This document shows, in pieces, positions 30,104-40,078 of a stretch of DNA of 41,967 nucleotides (its first letter is position 1; each line of letters begins with the position of its first letter). The notes beneath the pieces are model-generated. The model saw only the letters and a list, made by a program, of their open reading frames with translations. It did no database searches and was not told the DNA's origin. The DNA is taken from NCBI GenBank assembly GCA_018058165.1, contig JAGPCI010000001.1, forward strand, positions 1 through 41,967. Direction: 5' to 3'. Source of the DNA: Bacteroidia bacterium. GTDB lineage: Bacteria; Bacteroidota; Bacteroidia; UKL13-3. Position numbers and translations under genes: made by a program.

Positions 30104-31096
30104 ATGGCCATTCTCGCTTTTCAAAAACCGGATAAAGTTATTATGCATAAAGAAACTGACTTTTATGGTCAGTTCGAATTCCGTCCCTTGGAAAAAGGAT
30201 ACGGTGTTACCATTGGTAATGCATTAAGGAGAATTCTACTATCATCTTTAGAAGGTTTTGCTATCACATCTATAAAAATTACAGGTGCTGATCACGAATT
30301 TTCTACACTTAAGGGTGTAATTGAGGATGTAGTTGAAATTGTATTAAACCTAAAACAAGTTCGTTTTAAACGCATTATAGATGGTGTTGATAACGAGAAA
30401 ATTTTTATCAACGTAAAAGGTCAAGATACTTTTAATGCAGGTGAAATTGGTAAACATACCAATACCTTTGAAGTATTAAATCCTGATTTTGTCATCTGTC
30501 ACATGGATCCTTCGGTTCATCTTGAACTGGAAGTTACAGTTGAAAAAGGTAGAGGTTACGTTCCTGCAGAGGAAAACAAACCTAAAGATGCAGTTATCGG
30601 TGTAATTCCTATGGATGCTATTTTTACGCCTATTAAAAATGTAAAATATAGTGTTGAAGACTTCCGTGTTGAACAAAAAACAGACTACGAAAAACTTTTA
30701 ATTGAAATTTCTACCGATGGTTCAATTCATCCTGAAGATGCATTAAAAGAGGCTGCTAAAATTCTTATCCAACATTTCATGTTATTCTCTGATGAGTTAA
30801 TAACTATGGACACTCAGGTTAAAGAAATTCCGCAGGAAGTTGATGAGAATGTATTACATATCCGTAAAATATTAAAAACTCCTTTGTCTGATTTAGATTT
30901 GTCAGTTCGTGCATACAATTGCTTAAAAGCTGCTGATATAAAAACTTTAGGCGACTTAGTTAGTTTTGAGATTGGTGATTTATTGAAGTTCCGTAATTTT
31001 GGTAAAAAATCACTTTCTGAGCTTGAAGAATTAGCTAGAGAAAAAGGTTTAGTATTTGGAATGGATGTTGCAAAATATTTAGGTAACGAAGATTAA
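30104..31096 (+). CDS. rpoA: DNA-directed RNA polymerase subunit alpha
   Basis: [28 protein letters not shown]..., C-terminal [22 protein letters not shown]. Confidence 0.98.
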   Translation: MAILAFQKPDKVIMHKETDFYGQFEFRPLEKGYGVTIGNALRRILLSSLEGFAITSIKITGADHEFSTLKGVIEDVVEIVLNLKQVRFKRIIDGVDNEKIFINVKGQDTFNAGEIGKHTNTFEVLNPDFVICHMDPSVHLELEVTVEKGRGYVPAEENKPKDAVIGVIPMDAIFTPIKNVKYSVEDFRVEQKTDYEKLLIEISTDGSIHPEDALKEAAKILIQHFMLFSDELITMDTQVKEIPQEVDENVLHIRKILKTPLSDLDLSVRAYNCLKAADIKTLGDLVSFEIGDLLKFRNFGKKSLSELEELAREKGLVFGMDVAKYLGNED

Positions 31097-31155
31097 TAAT
31101 AAGACGATAGACCATAAGCATCTATTTTAAGGGCTTATGAAAAATTATAAAAGAG

Positions 31156-31644
31156 ATGAGACACGGTAAAACATTTAATCACTTAGGAAGAACAGCTTCA
31201 CATCGTAAGTCTATGCTTTCTAACATGGCAGGCTCGCTTATACTACACAAACGTATTACAACTACTTTGGCTAAAGCTAAAGAGTTAAGAAAATATGTTG
31301 AGCCTCTTATTAGCAAATCTAAAGAGGATGATACACATTCTCGTAGGGTTGTATTTAGTTACCTAAAAAGTAAGGAAGTTGTTAAAGAACTTTTTGGACC
31401 AGTTGCTGAAAAAGTTGGTGACCGTCCGGGTGGATACACAAGAGTTTTAAAACTAGCAAACCGTAAAGGTGATAATGCTGAAATGAGTATTATTGAACTA
31501 GTAGACTTTAACGAGGCTATGCTTGCTGAAAAAGCAAACAAATCTACTGCTAAGAAAACTACTCGTAGAGGACGTAAGCCTGCTGTTGCTGCAAAGCCAG
31601 CTGAAGAGACTAACGAAGAATCAACAACTACAGAAGAGAACTAA
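31156..31644 (+). CDS. rplQ: 50S ribosomal protein L17 with acidic/basic C-terminal extension
   Basis: [25 protein letters not shown]... 162 aa. Confidence 0.97.
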   Translation: MRHGKTFNHLGRTASHRKSMLSNMAGSLILHKRITTTLAKAKELRKYVEPLISKSKEDDTHSRRVVFSYLKSKEVVKELFGPVAEKVGDRPGGYTRVLKLANRKGDNAEMSIIELVDFNEAMLAEKANKSTAKKTTRRGRKPAVAAKPAEETNEESTTTEEN

Positions 31645-31667
31645 TTAGTTTAATAACATTATAAAAC

Positions 31668-31695
31668 GGCCGAGTATAAATACTCGGCCTTTTTT
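31668..31695 (+). terminator. Rho-independent terminator closing the ribosomal super-operon
   Basis: GGCCGAGTA-TAAA-TACTCGGCC (9-bp GC-rich stem, tetraloop) followed by T6. Confidence 0.85.
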
Positions 31696-31709
31696 ATTCT
31701 TGAATTTTT

Positions 31710-32279
31710 ATGATTATTCACGAGAATACCATCTTATCGGAAGACTTGTTTGACAAACATTTTATATGTGATTTAAACGCATGTAAGGGTGCTTGCTGTA
31801 TCGAAGGTGATGCTGGTGCACCAGTTACTGATAATGAAATTAGTGTTCTTACAAGTTTAATACCAAAGCTAATTTCCTACATCTCACCTGAAGGCATGGA
31901 TATTATTACTGAAAAAGGCGTTAGCGAATTAGATAAAGATGGTGATGCTGTTACTAATTGTCTACCTGATGGTACATGTGTTTTTGCCGTGAGAAATAAT
32001 GGAATTTTGTCGTGTGGTATTGAAAATGCTTTTAATGATAGAGTTGTTGATTTTGTTAAGCCAATTTCTTGTAATTTATATCCAATTAGGGTGAGCAAGG
32101 TTGGCGATTACGATGCCCTAAATTACCATAAATGGGATATATGTTCACCCGCTTGTAAATTAGGAGATCTGCATAAAGTGCCAATATATAAGTTCTTAAA
32201 AACTCCTTTGATTAGAGCCTATGGACAAAGTTGGTATAACGAGCTTGACGCAATTGCAATTGCATTAAAAGATAATTAG
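31710..32279 (+). CDS. DUF3109 family Cys-rich protein
   Basis: FICDLNACKGACCIEGDAGAP... and further Cys pairs. It resembles the DUF3109 family common in Bacteroidota (from memory, not searched). Confidence 0.7.
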   Translation: MIIHENTILSEDLFDKHFICDLNACKGACCIEGDAGAPVTDNEISVLTSLIPKLISYISPEGMDIITEKGVSELDKDGDAVTNCLPDGTCVFAVRNNGILSCGIENAFNDRVVDFVKPISCNLYPIRVSKVGDYDALNYHKWDICSPACKLGDLHKVPIYKFLKTPLIRAYGQSWYNELDAIAIALKDN

Positions 32280-32280
32280 T

Positions 32281-33465
32281 TTAAAAATTAGCATACCTAA
32301 GCATTCTACTATTTAGCTTTTTAATCATTCTGTCGAATGGCATATTGGTATAGTTTATCCTTTTGGTTTTAAAATAGTTCATTGGGTCTCCATCGGTATA
32401 AAGCCCAAACATTTGACTTGGAACAGTGTACGGTTTTGGTAGTTGCTTTAATTTGCTATCATAAACAAACAATCCGTAACTTATTTTTTCACTGTAATTG
32501 TATAAATCATTACAAAAACTTGCGATTAATATATTCTCTGATTGTACTGGTTTAATAGATGTGTCTACTTTTAAATTTCTATCAATAAATATTCCTTCTA
32601 AATTACCTGATACAACTTTGTTTACATTTGTATCAGCAAAGAAATAAACAGGTGTAAATGTATAACCTTTCAAAAACTCATTGATAACTTTTATATTTCT
32701 TATTTTTAGTTCGTTTTTTGCATAAGAACGGTCGCCTTCATCTTTAATCTTTAATAAATCTTCATTAGTTAGGGTTGGTAGCATCACCAATAAAACCCCA
32801 TTTTTGTAGTTTTTTATTTGCTCTTTTGCAATTTTTTCTTTGTTTTCAATAATACCAGCAAGGTCTACAACATTAAGCTTTAACGTAATTTCTATTAAGG
32901 AAGGTCTTCCTTTTAATTGAGTATTATTGTTATTATCTGTAACATTGTACATGTATCCTAACTCAAAGTTTACTACTGGCGAAAGTTGAACTGCAAACCC
33001 CGCATTAATTCCAAATTCAAGTTGACCATTTTCGTTTTTGTTTTCGTTTAAATTAGTTCTTACATAATTACCATTATTTAAGGTTTCACTTTTAAAGTTT
33101 AATAAATAAGAGGGTCGAATACCCAAATAAAACATCAAAGCATCATCGCTAAATAATGGCAAATATGCGTTAATGTTAAAGTCTAAATGTTGGTAGGTAT
33201 ATTTACTATCGGTTTGTTTTTCTCTAAAACCAGATTGTATATATGTAGGTTCGAAAGAAACCGATAGGTTATGTATTGGTTTGTAATTAAAAAATATACC
33301 TGCACTATAATTCCCCCCTCCATTGTATTTGCCATATTGAGTACCTATTGTGCTTAAATTTAAAGAAGCTCGAGTACCATACTTTAGTTTTTGCTGTGCA
33401 AACAAACTACTGTGGTATAAGGTTACTAATAATATTATTAGTTTGTATGTATTTGTAAAGCGCAT
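32281..33465 (-). CDS. Secreted protein: N-terminal outer-membrane beta-barrel-like domain fused to an uncharacterised C-terminal domain of about 190 aa
   Basis: Signal peptide [23 protein letters not shown]|QQ. Residues about 25-200 show alternating-hydrophobic strands rich in Y/N/G (porin-family-like). The remainder has no motif I recognise. The ATG overlaps the queG stop (TAATG). Confidence 0.5.
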   Translation of the reverse strand: MRFTNTYKLIILLVTLYHSSLFAQQKLKYGTRASLNLSTIGTQYGKYNGGGNYSAGIFFNYKPIHNLSVSFEPTYIQSGFREKQTDSKYTYQHLDFNINAYLPLFSDDALMFYLGIRPSYLLNFKSETLNNGNYVRTNLNENKNENGQLEFGINAGFAVQLSPVVNFELGYMYNVTDNNNNTQLKGRPSLIEITLKLNVVDLAGIIENKEKIAKEQIKNYKNGVLLVMLPTLTNEDLLKIKDEGDRSYAKNELKIRNIKVINEFLKGYTFTPVYFFADTNVNKVVSGNLEGIFIDRNLKVDTSIKPVQSENILIASFCNDLYNYSEKISYGLFVYDSKLKQLPKPYTVPSQMFGLYTDGDPMNYFKTKRINYTNMPFDRMIKKLNSRMLRYANF

Positions 33466-34400
33466 TAATCGTGTTTTAGTATAAAGTCAATATTTCTTTT
33501 TAAACCGTTGTATTTAGTACGTTTTAAAGGTGATTTTTTAAAAACCTTTCTAAATACATCTTCTGTTATCTCAATCCAATCTTCTACTTTGTTCTCAATA
33601 ATTTCATTAACTGGAGTAAACTGAGGTTCGTTGTTGGGTTTTGCAAATCTATTCCAAGGACAAACATCTTGGCAAATATCGCAGCCAAAAATCCAATTCT
33701 CAAATTTCCCTTTCAAGCTGTTGGGAATTTCTTCTTTAAGCTCAATGGTGAAATAGGAAATGCATTTGCTTCCATCAATTACACTATTACTTAATATGGC
33801 TTGAGTAGGGCAGGCATCGATACAAGCTGTACATGTACCACAATGGTTTGTTACTAGATTACTGTCATCCATTAATGGCAGATCTATAATGAGTTCACTT
33901 AAAAAATAAAATGAGCCAGAGCCTTTATTAATTAAATTGCCATTTTTACCAATCCAACCCAAACCGCTTTTGGCAGCCCAAGCACGTTCTAAAACAGGTG
34001 CCGAATCAACAAAGGCTCTACCGCTAACCTCTCCAATATTTTCACGAATCCAAGCTAGTAACTCGTGTAGTTTTGCTTTTATTACTTCGTGGTAATCATT
34101 ACCATAAGCGTATTTGCTTATTTTTAAGCCATTTGAATCTTTTTGTTTAATAGGAGTAAAGTAGTTATACATTAAAGATATAACGGTTTTTGCACCATCA
34201 ACCAAAAGCCTTGGATCTAGGCGTTTATCGAAATTATTGGCCATGTATTGCATTTGGCCATGCCTATTATTGTTTAACCAATTTTCAAATTTATTAGCTT
34301 CACTTGTTAAAAAATCTGCCTTACTAAAACCAACTTCAAAAAAGCCTAATTCTTTGGCTTTGTTTTTTATAATTGATGTGTTATTGGCTAATTTATTCAT
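33465..34400 (-). CDS. queG: tRNA epoxyqueuosine(34) reductase
   Basis: Two ferredoxin-type clusters, [12 protein letters not shown] and [12 protein letters not shown]-terminal KAKELGF..VGF pattern. 311 aa. Confidence 0.85.
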   Translation of the reverse strand: MNKLANNTSIIKNKAKELGFFEVGFSKADFLTSEANKFENWLNNNRHGQMQYMANNFDKRLDPRLLVDGAKTVISLMYNYFTPIKQKDSNGLKISKYAYGNDYHEVIKAKLHELLAWIRENIGEVSGRAFVDSAPVLERAWAAKSGLGWIGKNGNLINKGSGSFYFLSELIIDLPLMDDSNLVTNHCGTCTACIDACPTQAILSNSVIDGSKCISYFTIELKEEIPNSLKGKFENWIFGCDICQDVCPWNRFAKPNNEPQFTPVNEIIENKVEDWIEITEDVFRKVFKKSPLKRTKYNGLKRNIDFILKHD

Positions 34401-34511
34401 GGTTGAATTGACAAATATAATAATATCTATTTAGCACTATGCATCAACTAACATATTGCTTATACTTGTAGCGTTTGAGGATTGATTTTTTATTTAATTT
34501 TTATAAAATAC

Positions 34512-36674
34512 ATGAAAAAAATATTACTAACTTTTGCTGTATTTGCCATAGCTGCAACACTCACATCGCTTACCACTAAAAAACTTGACGAAGGGATGTT
34601 TCCTTTGTCGGAATTAAAAAATATAGATATAGTGAAAGCTGGATTGAAAATAAAACCACAAGAATTATATAACCCAGATGGTACTAGTTTAATTGATGCA
34701 ATTGTTAGGGTTGGTGGCTGTACAGGATCGTTTTTAAGTAATGATGGATTAATTGTTACAAACCATCATTGTGCATTTAGTTTTGTGCAAGCCATTAGCG
34801 ATGTTAAAAACGATTACATAAAGAATGGTTTTTTAGCTCAAACACGCGAACAAGAAGTTCCTGCAAAAGGTTTGGTATGTAAAATAACTGCATCATATAA
34901 AGATGTATCCGAAGCGGTTTTAGAGGGAACACAAACTTTAGATGCTGTAAATAGACTAAAAAAAATAGCAGAAAATGTTAAAGCTATTACCGAAAATGAA
35001 AATACACAGCATCCAACTTTGCAATGCGAAATTTCTGAAATGTTTACCGGTAAAACTTATGTTTTGTTTAGGTATAAATTATTAAAAGATGTGAGGTTGG
35101 TTTATGTTCCACCTGTAACAATTGGTGCTTATGGTGGTGAGTTAGATAATTGGGTTTGGCCACGCCATAGTGGTGATTTTGCATTTTTACGTGCTTATGT
35201 TGCTCCAGATGGAAGTGCAGCAGAATACAGCGAAAAAAATGTGGCTTATAAGCCAGTAAAATATCTTAATGTAAACCCTAAGGGAACCAAAGAAAACGAC
35301 TTTGTATTTATACTTGGTTATCCAGGTCGTACATACCGTCATCAGCCTGCTGGATTTTACGAATATCATGAAAACTACTATTTAAGCTATATAAGTACTT
35401 TGTTTGATTGGCAAATAAACCAAATGGAACAATTAGGTAAAAAAGATTATGCATTAAACATAAAATACGCTGCTCGTATTAAAAGTTTAGCCAACACAGC
35501 CAAAAACTTTAAGGGCAAATTGCAAGGGTTTAAACGTGCAAATTTAAGTGATACCAAACGTAAAGAAGAAAAACAGTTACAACAATTTATTGAAGGAAAT
35601 GCTTCATTAAACACTAAATATGGAACTGTTATTCCGCGTATTGATGCGCTGTATACAGATATTATGAAGTATGCAAATAGAAACATTTGGATTAGCCAAA
35701 TCTATAACGTATCACCTTTGGTGCAAACAGCTGCAACGTTAGCAAATTTAAAGTTGGCATATCAAAACTTGCCGAATGAGGCCGCTAAGAAAGATTTTTT
35801 AGCAAATCAACAAGCCAATATTAAAAAGGAGTTTGGTAAATCTATTGGCCGTTATGATGTTAACTTAGACCAACTAACAATGGTTAAAATGCTAAGTGAT
35901 GCCGCCACATTTAATAAAGATAATATGCTGCCATCTGTAAAAAAACTGTTGAAGGGTAGCACATCTGTTGATGAGATTGGAAAGCGTGTTGATGAATTAT
36001 TTAGCAAATCAAAACTAAGCAGAGCCGCAGAAGTAAATGCTTTAATTGATGGTGATTTAAATGCGTTATTAACTTATAATGATGAGTTGGTAACTTTTGC
36101 GAGCGAACTAAGTGATGAGATGGCAATCATAGAAATTGAGAATAAAACACGTAACAGTGAACTAAGTCAACTTATGGCTAGTTTGGTAGAGGTAAAACAG
36201 CTATGGAAAAAGCAAGCATTTATGCCAGATGCTAATGGAACTTTACGATTTACTTATGGATATGTTAAAGGCTATTCGCCAAACGATGGTATTTATGCTA
36301 AGCCATTTACAACGCTTAAAGGCGTAATCGAAAAAAGTGATACACTAGAGTATCAATTATTAGATGCGATAAAGGAATTATATGCAGCAGGTGATTTAGG
36401 TGATTATATTGACCCTGCATTAGGTGATTTACCTGTAAATATTTTATATAATTTAGATACTACTGGTGGTAACAGTGGTAGCCCAATTATGAATGCCAAA
36501 GGGCAATTAATAGGGATTAATTTTGATAGGGCATTTACTGCTACCATAAATGATTATGCTTGGAACGAAGCCTATAGCAGAAGTGTTGGGGTTGATATAA
36601 GATATGTATTGTGGGTACTACAAAAAGTAGCCAAAGCAAACCATGTTATCAACGAAATGACTATGGCTAAGTAG
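34512..36674 (+). CDS. S46 family serine peptidase (DPP7/DPP11-like dipeptidyl-peptidase)
   Basis: Signal peptide MKKILLTFAVFAIAA. GGCTGSFLSNDGLIVTNHHCAF (catalytic His region) and TTGGNSGSPIMNAKGQLIGINFD (catalytic Ser). The ATG at 34512 is preferred over the track TTG at 34482. Confidence 0.85.
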   Translation: MKKILLTFAVFAIAATLTSLTTKKLDEGMFPLSELKNIDIVKAGLKIKPQELYNPDGTSLIDAIVRVGGCTGSFLSNDGLIVTNHHCAFSFVQAISDVKNDYIKNGFLAQTREQEVPAKGLVCKITASYKDVSEAVLEGTQTLDAVNRLKKIAENVKAITENENTQHPTLQCEISEMFTGKTYVLFRYKLLKDVRLVYVPPVTIGAYGGELDNWVWPRHSGDFAFLRAYVAPDGSAAEYSEKNVAYKPVKYLNVNPKGTKENDFVFILGYPGRTYRHQPAGFYEYHENYYLSYISTLFDWQINQMEQLGKKDYALNIKYAARIKSLANTAKNFKGKLQGFKRANLSDTKRKEEKQLQQFIEGNASLNTKYGTVIPRIDALYTDIMKYANRNIWISQIYNVSPLVQTAATLANLKLAYQNLPNEAAKKDFLANQQANIKKEFGKSIGRYDVNLDQLTMVKMLSDAATFNKDNMLPSVKKLLKGSTSVDEIGKRVDELFSKSKLSRAAEVNALIDGDLNALLTYNDELVTFASELSDEMAIIEIENKTRNSELSQLMASLVEVKQLWKKQAFMPDANGTLRFTYGYVKGYSPNDGIYAKPFTTLKGVIEKSDTLEYQLLDAIKELYAAGDLGDYIDPALGDLPVNILYNLDTTGGNSGSPIMNAKGQLIGINFDRAFTATINDYAWNEAYSRSVGVDIRYVLWVLQKVAKANHVINEMTMAK

Positions 36675-36700
36675 CGTTATAAAAGTTACCATATTTAAAT

Positions 36701-36737
36701 AGGCTGCCGCATTAATTTTTGTAGCAGCCTGTTTTTT
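36701..36737 (+). terminator. Hairpin plus T-run after the S46 peptidase gene (AGGCTGC / GCAGCCT then GTTTTTT)
   Basis: 7-bp stem with a 16-nt loop, read directly. It lies between convergent genes. Confidence 0.5.
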
Positions 36738-36747
36738 GTGGGGTTGA

Positions 36748-37401
36748 TTAAAATGCTAATCCTACGGTAAAGCCAGCCCTAATACCATACCCTTTTATAT
36801 ACTTATTTGGAATGCTTGCAGCTAAAAATTCTGGTGAGTTCGAATTATTATAACCATTTGGTGGTATTGAATTTTCAACCTGGTTTTTAATTAAAACTTG
36901 GTAAACTGGGCCAGCAAAAAAATCAATTACTATGTTGTTTTTTATAATAAACTGATGGCCAAAATTAAATCCTAACCCGATACTTTGAAAATGAGATTTC
37001 TCTGTTGTTGTAACGAATCCTGCACTGCTACTATACCAGCTTTCTTTAAATGATTTATGGTAATCTAAGTATCGTAAAAAAGGGCCTGCGTAAAAACCAT
37101 TTAATCCATATCCACTAAAATTCATTCTGTATTCTGGCGTTATGCTAAAACCTTCAGTTGTAAGTTGATTGTTTGAAAAGTTAATATTATCGTTAAAATT
37201 CATGTACGCTGCATTTAGTTGTAACGATCTAAATGGGGTAATGCAATATTGGTATGATAAACTTAAATTACTGTAAACAGGGCTAAGCAAATTTATTTTA
37301 ACCGCATTGCTTTTTATTGGGGGAAGTTTTGGTTTTGCCAGAGCAGGAATAGCCAAAGCAAGCATGAAAAACGCTACTATTTTACTTAACATGTTTTTCA
37401 T
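36748..37401 (-). CDS. Small secreted beta-barrel-like protein, paralog 3 of tandem triplet (DUF3575-like?)
   Basis: Signal peptide ...ALAIPALA|K. Shares AVKINLLSPVYSNLSLSYQ, EYRMNF...GFYAGPFLRY, IGLGFNFGHQF and C-terminal KGYGIRAGFTVGLAF with the two upstream genes. Terminal Phe as in OMPs. Confidence 0.55.
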   Translation of the reverse strand: MKNMLSKIVAFFMLALAIPALAKPKLPPIKSNAVKINLLSPVYSNLSLSYQYCITPFRSLQLNAAYMNFNDNINFSNNQLTTEGFSITPEYRMNFSGYGLNGFYAGPFLRYLDYHKSFKESWYSSSAGFVTTTEKSHFQSIGLGFNFGHQFIIKNNIVIDFFAGPVYQVLIKNQVENSIPPNGYNNSNSPEFLAASIPNKYIKGYGIRAGFTVGLAF

Positions 37402-37408
37402 ATTTTAT

Positions 37409-38092
37409 TTAAAATAAAAAACCAATTGTAACTCCTCCGCGCAAACCATAACCTTTAATATACCTGTTAGGTATTGCATCAGCAAGCAGTGTTTCATCTT
37501 GATTTTCTACATATTTTCCCGTTGAAAGATTGGTTGTAGTTTTATTTTCGGCTAACAATATTTGGTAAGCTGGTCCTCCAAAAAAATCAAAAGAAACGCG
37601 GTTATTAATTACAAACTGATAGCCAACTATAAAACCTAACCCTAAACTAGTATAATTAAACTTTTCTTTGTAATAATCCATATAATAATTTGGTGGCCCA
37701 CTAGCTGTATTTCCAATGACAACTGCATTACGCTCGTAGTAAAGCATACGTGCAAATGGTGCTAAATAGGCACCTTCAAACCCTTGTTCGGTGAAATGGA
37801 TTTTGTAATCAAGCGTTAATGAAACACCTTTAACGTTGGTTGAAGTTACCATTGTAGTGTTGTTATAGCTGTAATTATTATTGTCAAAATCGTTAAAATC
37901 CATATAGGTAGCCCCAATTACAAACGAGTTTCCATTTGATTTTATTAAGCCTTCGTAACTAATATTTAAAGTGTTGTAAATTGGGCTTAATAAGTTTGCT
38001 TTTATGGCATGTTTTCTAGCGGTTTCATTAGTGTTTTGTGCCATAACAAATGTGCCAAATAGCAGTGTAAATAATGTTAAATTGTATTTCAT
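37409..38092 (-). CDS. Small secreted beta-barrel-like protein, paralog 2 of tandem triplet
   Basis: Signal peptide ...GTFVMA|Q. AIKANLLSPIYNTLNISYE, LDYKIHF...GAYLAPFARM, LGLGFIVGYQF, KGYGLRGGVTIGFLF. Confidence 0.55.
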   Translation of the reverse strand: MKYNLTLFTLLFGTFVMAQNTNETARKHAIKANLLSPIYNTLNISYEGLIKSNGNSFVIGATYMDFNDFDNNNYSYNNTTMVTSTNVKGVSLTLDYKIHFTEQGFEGAYLAPFARMLYYERNAVVIGNTASGPPNYYMDYYKEKFNYTSLGLGFIVGYQFVINNRVSFDFFGGPAYQILLAENKTTTNLSTGKYVENQDETLLADAIPNRYIKGYGLRGGVTIGFLF

Positions 38093-38096
38093 AAGT

Positions 38097-38657
38097 TTAA
38101 TTAATTAAATAGCCAATACTAAATCCACCGCGCATCCAATAACCTTTAAACATTGGGCGCAAATCGCCACTGCCATATGTATTAGTAGGCGAAGTTAGTT
38201 CACCAAAGTTATATACAGTGCCAATATTCATATCAAAACAAATACGCTTTAAAAATATTTTTTGGTAGCCAAATAGTAGTCCAATTCCAGGTACCGAAAG
38301 CTCGTCAGTTTTAGTACTAACATCTTTGTAATATTGGTAACGAATAAATGGTTGCAAATAATAACCACTCATAAATTTATCATTAAGATAGTATCTATAC
38401 TCTAGGCAAGTTGATAAGCCTCTAATGGGTTCGGTAACGTTACTTATTTGCCCAGTAAAATAACTGGCAGTAGCAATAAATGATGCGTCTTTGGTTAAGC
38501 TCTTTTCATATTGAAAAGCTATTGCGCCAACAATTGGGCTAATTAAGTTAAATTTAATTGCAGAAGAGTATTCTTCGGTTTTTAGCTTAGCATTAATTTG
38601 AGCATTTACAATTAAGCTAAACAATAATGCAAACCCAAGTAAAAAGGACTGTTTCAT
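38097..38657 (-). CDS. Small secreted beta-barrel-like protein, paralog 1 of tandem triplet (shortest, most divergent)
   Basis: Signal peptide ...SLIVNA|Q. AIKFNLISPIVGAIAFQYE, LEYRYYL...GYYLQPFIRY, IGLLFGYQK, KGYWMRGGFSIGYLIN. Confidence 0.55.
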   Translation of the reverse strand: MKQSFLLGFALLFSLIVNAQINAKLKTEEYSSAIKFNLISPIVGAIAFQYEKSLTKDASFIATASYFTGQISNVTEPIRGLSTCLEYRYYLNDKFMSGYYLQPFIRYQYYKDVSTKTDELSVPGIGLLFGYQKIFLKRICFDMNIGTVYNFGELTSPTNTYGSGDLRPMFKGYWMRGGFSIGYLIN

Positions 38658-38723
38658 ATTTTATTTGATAACACAAGGTATAATTGTTCAATCGATTAAA
38701 CAACATTTTTTTTGAATTGCAAT

Positions 38724-38769
38724 AAAACTAAAAAAGCCAAATCAAAAAAAGTATAATGATTTGGCTTTT
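38724..38769 (-). terminator. Rho-independent terminator after clpX
   Basis: AAAAGCCAAATCA / TGATTTGGCTTTT 13-bp inverted repeat. On the minus strand it is followed by a U-rich tract. Confidence 0.65.
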
Positions 38770-38787
38770 AAAATATCCTGTTAAATA

Positions 38788-40023
38788 TTAAGCGGCTTTT
38801 ATGCTTTTAAATTTAAGCATATCTAATTTTTCTTTGGCTATCTCCATAGAAATAGTTAACTCCTTTATTTTATTGCTTGGTGCATCGTACATATAATCGG
38901 TCATAATGCTTTCACAAATACTTCTTAACCCGCGAGCGCCTAGTTTTAATTCAAAGGCTGTATCAACAATTAAATTAATAATATCTTCTGTAATAGTTAA
39001 TTTAATGCCTTCTAATTCAAACATTTTGATATACTGTTTTATCAAAGCATTTTTTGGCTCAATTAAAATGCGGTAAAGTGTATCTCTATCTAAAGGATTT
39101 AAATGACACAATACTGGTAAACGGCCAATAATTTCTGGTATTAAACCAAAGTTTCTTAAATCAGCAGGAGATATATATTGTAGGTAATTATCTTGATCGG
39201 CTTTTAAGCCATCTTTACTTTTAAAACCAATTGCTTGGGTTTGCATTCTTCGAGCAATTTGTTTGTCAATACCCTCAAATGCGCCACCGCATATAAATAG
39301 TATATTTTCGGTATTAATAGCAACCATTTTTTGGTCGGGATGCTTACGGCCACCTTGAGGTGGAACATTTGCGGTAGTACCTTCTAGTATCTTTAATAAA
39401 GCTTGTTGAACACCCTCGCCACTTACATCGCGTGTAATACTTGGGTTATCGCTTTTACGACTAATTTTATCAATCTCGTCAATATAAACTATACCTCTTT
39501 CGGCAGCAGCTACATCATAGTTTGCCGCTTGTAACAAACGAGATAATACACTTTCTACATCTTCGCCTACGTAACCAGCTTCTGTAAGCACAGTAGCATC
39601 GGCAATACAAAATGGTACGTTAAGTAATTTGGCTAACGTTTTTGCCAAAAGTGTTTTACCGGTACCGGTTTCGCCAACCAATAAAATGTTCGATTTTTCT
39701 AACTCAACATCATTGGTTTTGTTTTTATGTAGTAAACGTTTAAAGTGATTGTAAACCGCAACACTTAATACTTTTTTTGCATCATCTTGCCCAATAACAT
39801 ATTGGTCTAAGTGTTTTTTTATTTCGGCAGGTTTATATTGTTTTTCTACAAAATCAAATGATGTTTGTTTGCTGCCAGCAGCGCCTTGGTCTTCGTTAAC
39901 TATGCGGTAAGCTTGTTCAATGCAGTTTTCACAAATTAAAGCATCAAGCCCTGATATTAGGTACTCTGTTTGGCTTTTTGGTCGTCCGCAGAATGAACAA
40001 ACATCTTCTTTTTTCTTACTCAT
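38788..40023 (-). CDS. clpX: ATP-dependent Clp protease ATP-binding subunit ClpX
   Basis: MSKKKEDVCSFCGRPK...ICENCIEQA zinc finger, Walker A GETGTGKTLLAKTLAK, IVYIDEIDKI. The ATG at 40023 is preferred because the track start at 40056 would lie inside the upstream terminator hairpin. Confidence 0.96.
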   Translation of the reverse strand: MSKKKEDVCSFCGRPKSQTEYLISGLDALICENCIEQAYRIVNEDQGAAGSKQTSFDFVEKQYKPAEIKKHLDQYVIGQDDAKKVLSVAVYNHFKRLLHKNKTNDVELEKSNILLVGETGTGKTLLAKTLAKLLNVPFCIADATVLTEAGYVGEDVESVLSRLLQAANYDVAAAERGIVYIDEIDKISRKSDNPSITRDVSGEGVQQALLKILEGTTANVPPQGGRKHPDQKMVAINTENILFICGGAFEGIDKQIARRMQTQAIGFKSKDGLKADQDNYLQYISPADLRNFGLIPEIIGRLPVLCHLNPLDRDTLYRILIEPKNALIKQYIKMFELEGIKLTITEDIINLIVDTAFELKLGARGLRSICESIMTDYMYDAPSNKIKELTISMEIAKEKLDMLKFKSIKAA

Positions 40024-40040
40024 GTGGTGCAAATATCTAT

Positions 40041-40078
40041 AAAAAAAACAAGCCAACCATGTTTATTTGGTTGGCTTG
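40041..40078 (-). terminator. Strong hairpin plus U8 between clpP and clpX (CAAGCCAACCA / TGGTTGGCTTG)
   Basis: 11-bp stem with an 8-nt loop. On the minus strand it is followed by eight U (A-run 40041..40048). The run ends 17 nt before the clpX ATG. Confidence 0.55.

Noticed and set aside
31112-31138. 7-bp hairpin (CATAAGC/GCTTATG, 13-nt loop) in the rpoA-rplQ spacer as an attenuator.
   Set aside because: The stem is short and A/T-rich, the loop is large and there is no U-run, so it is indistinguishable from chance.
31695-31702. TATTCTTG 8 nt before the DUF3109 ATG as a promoter giving a leaderless mRNA.
   Set aside because: It mismatches the TAnnTTTG core and overlaps the T-run of the rplQ terminator, so the evidence is too weak to call.
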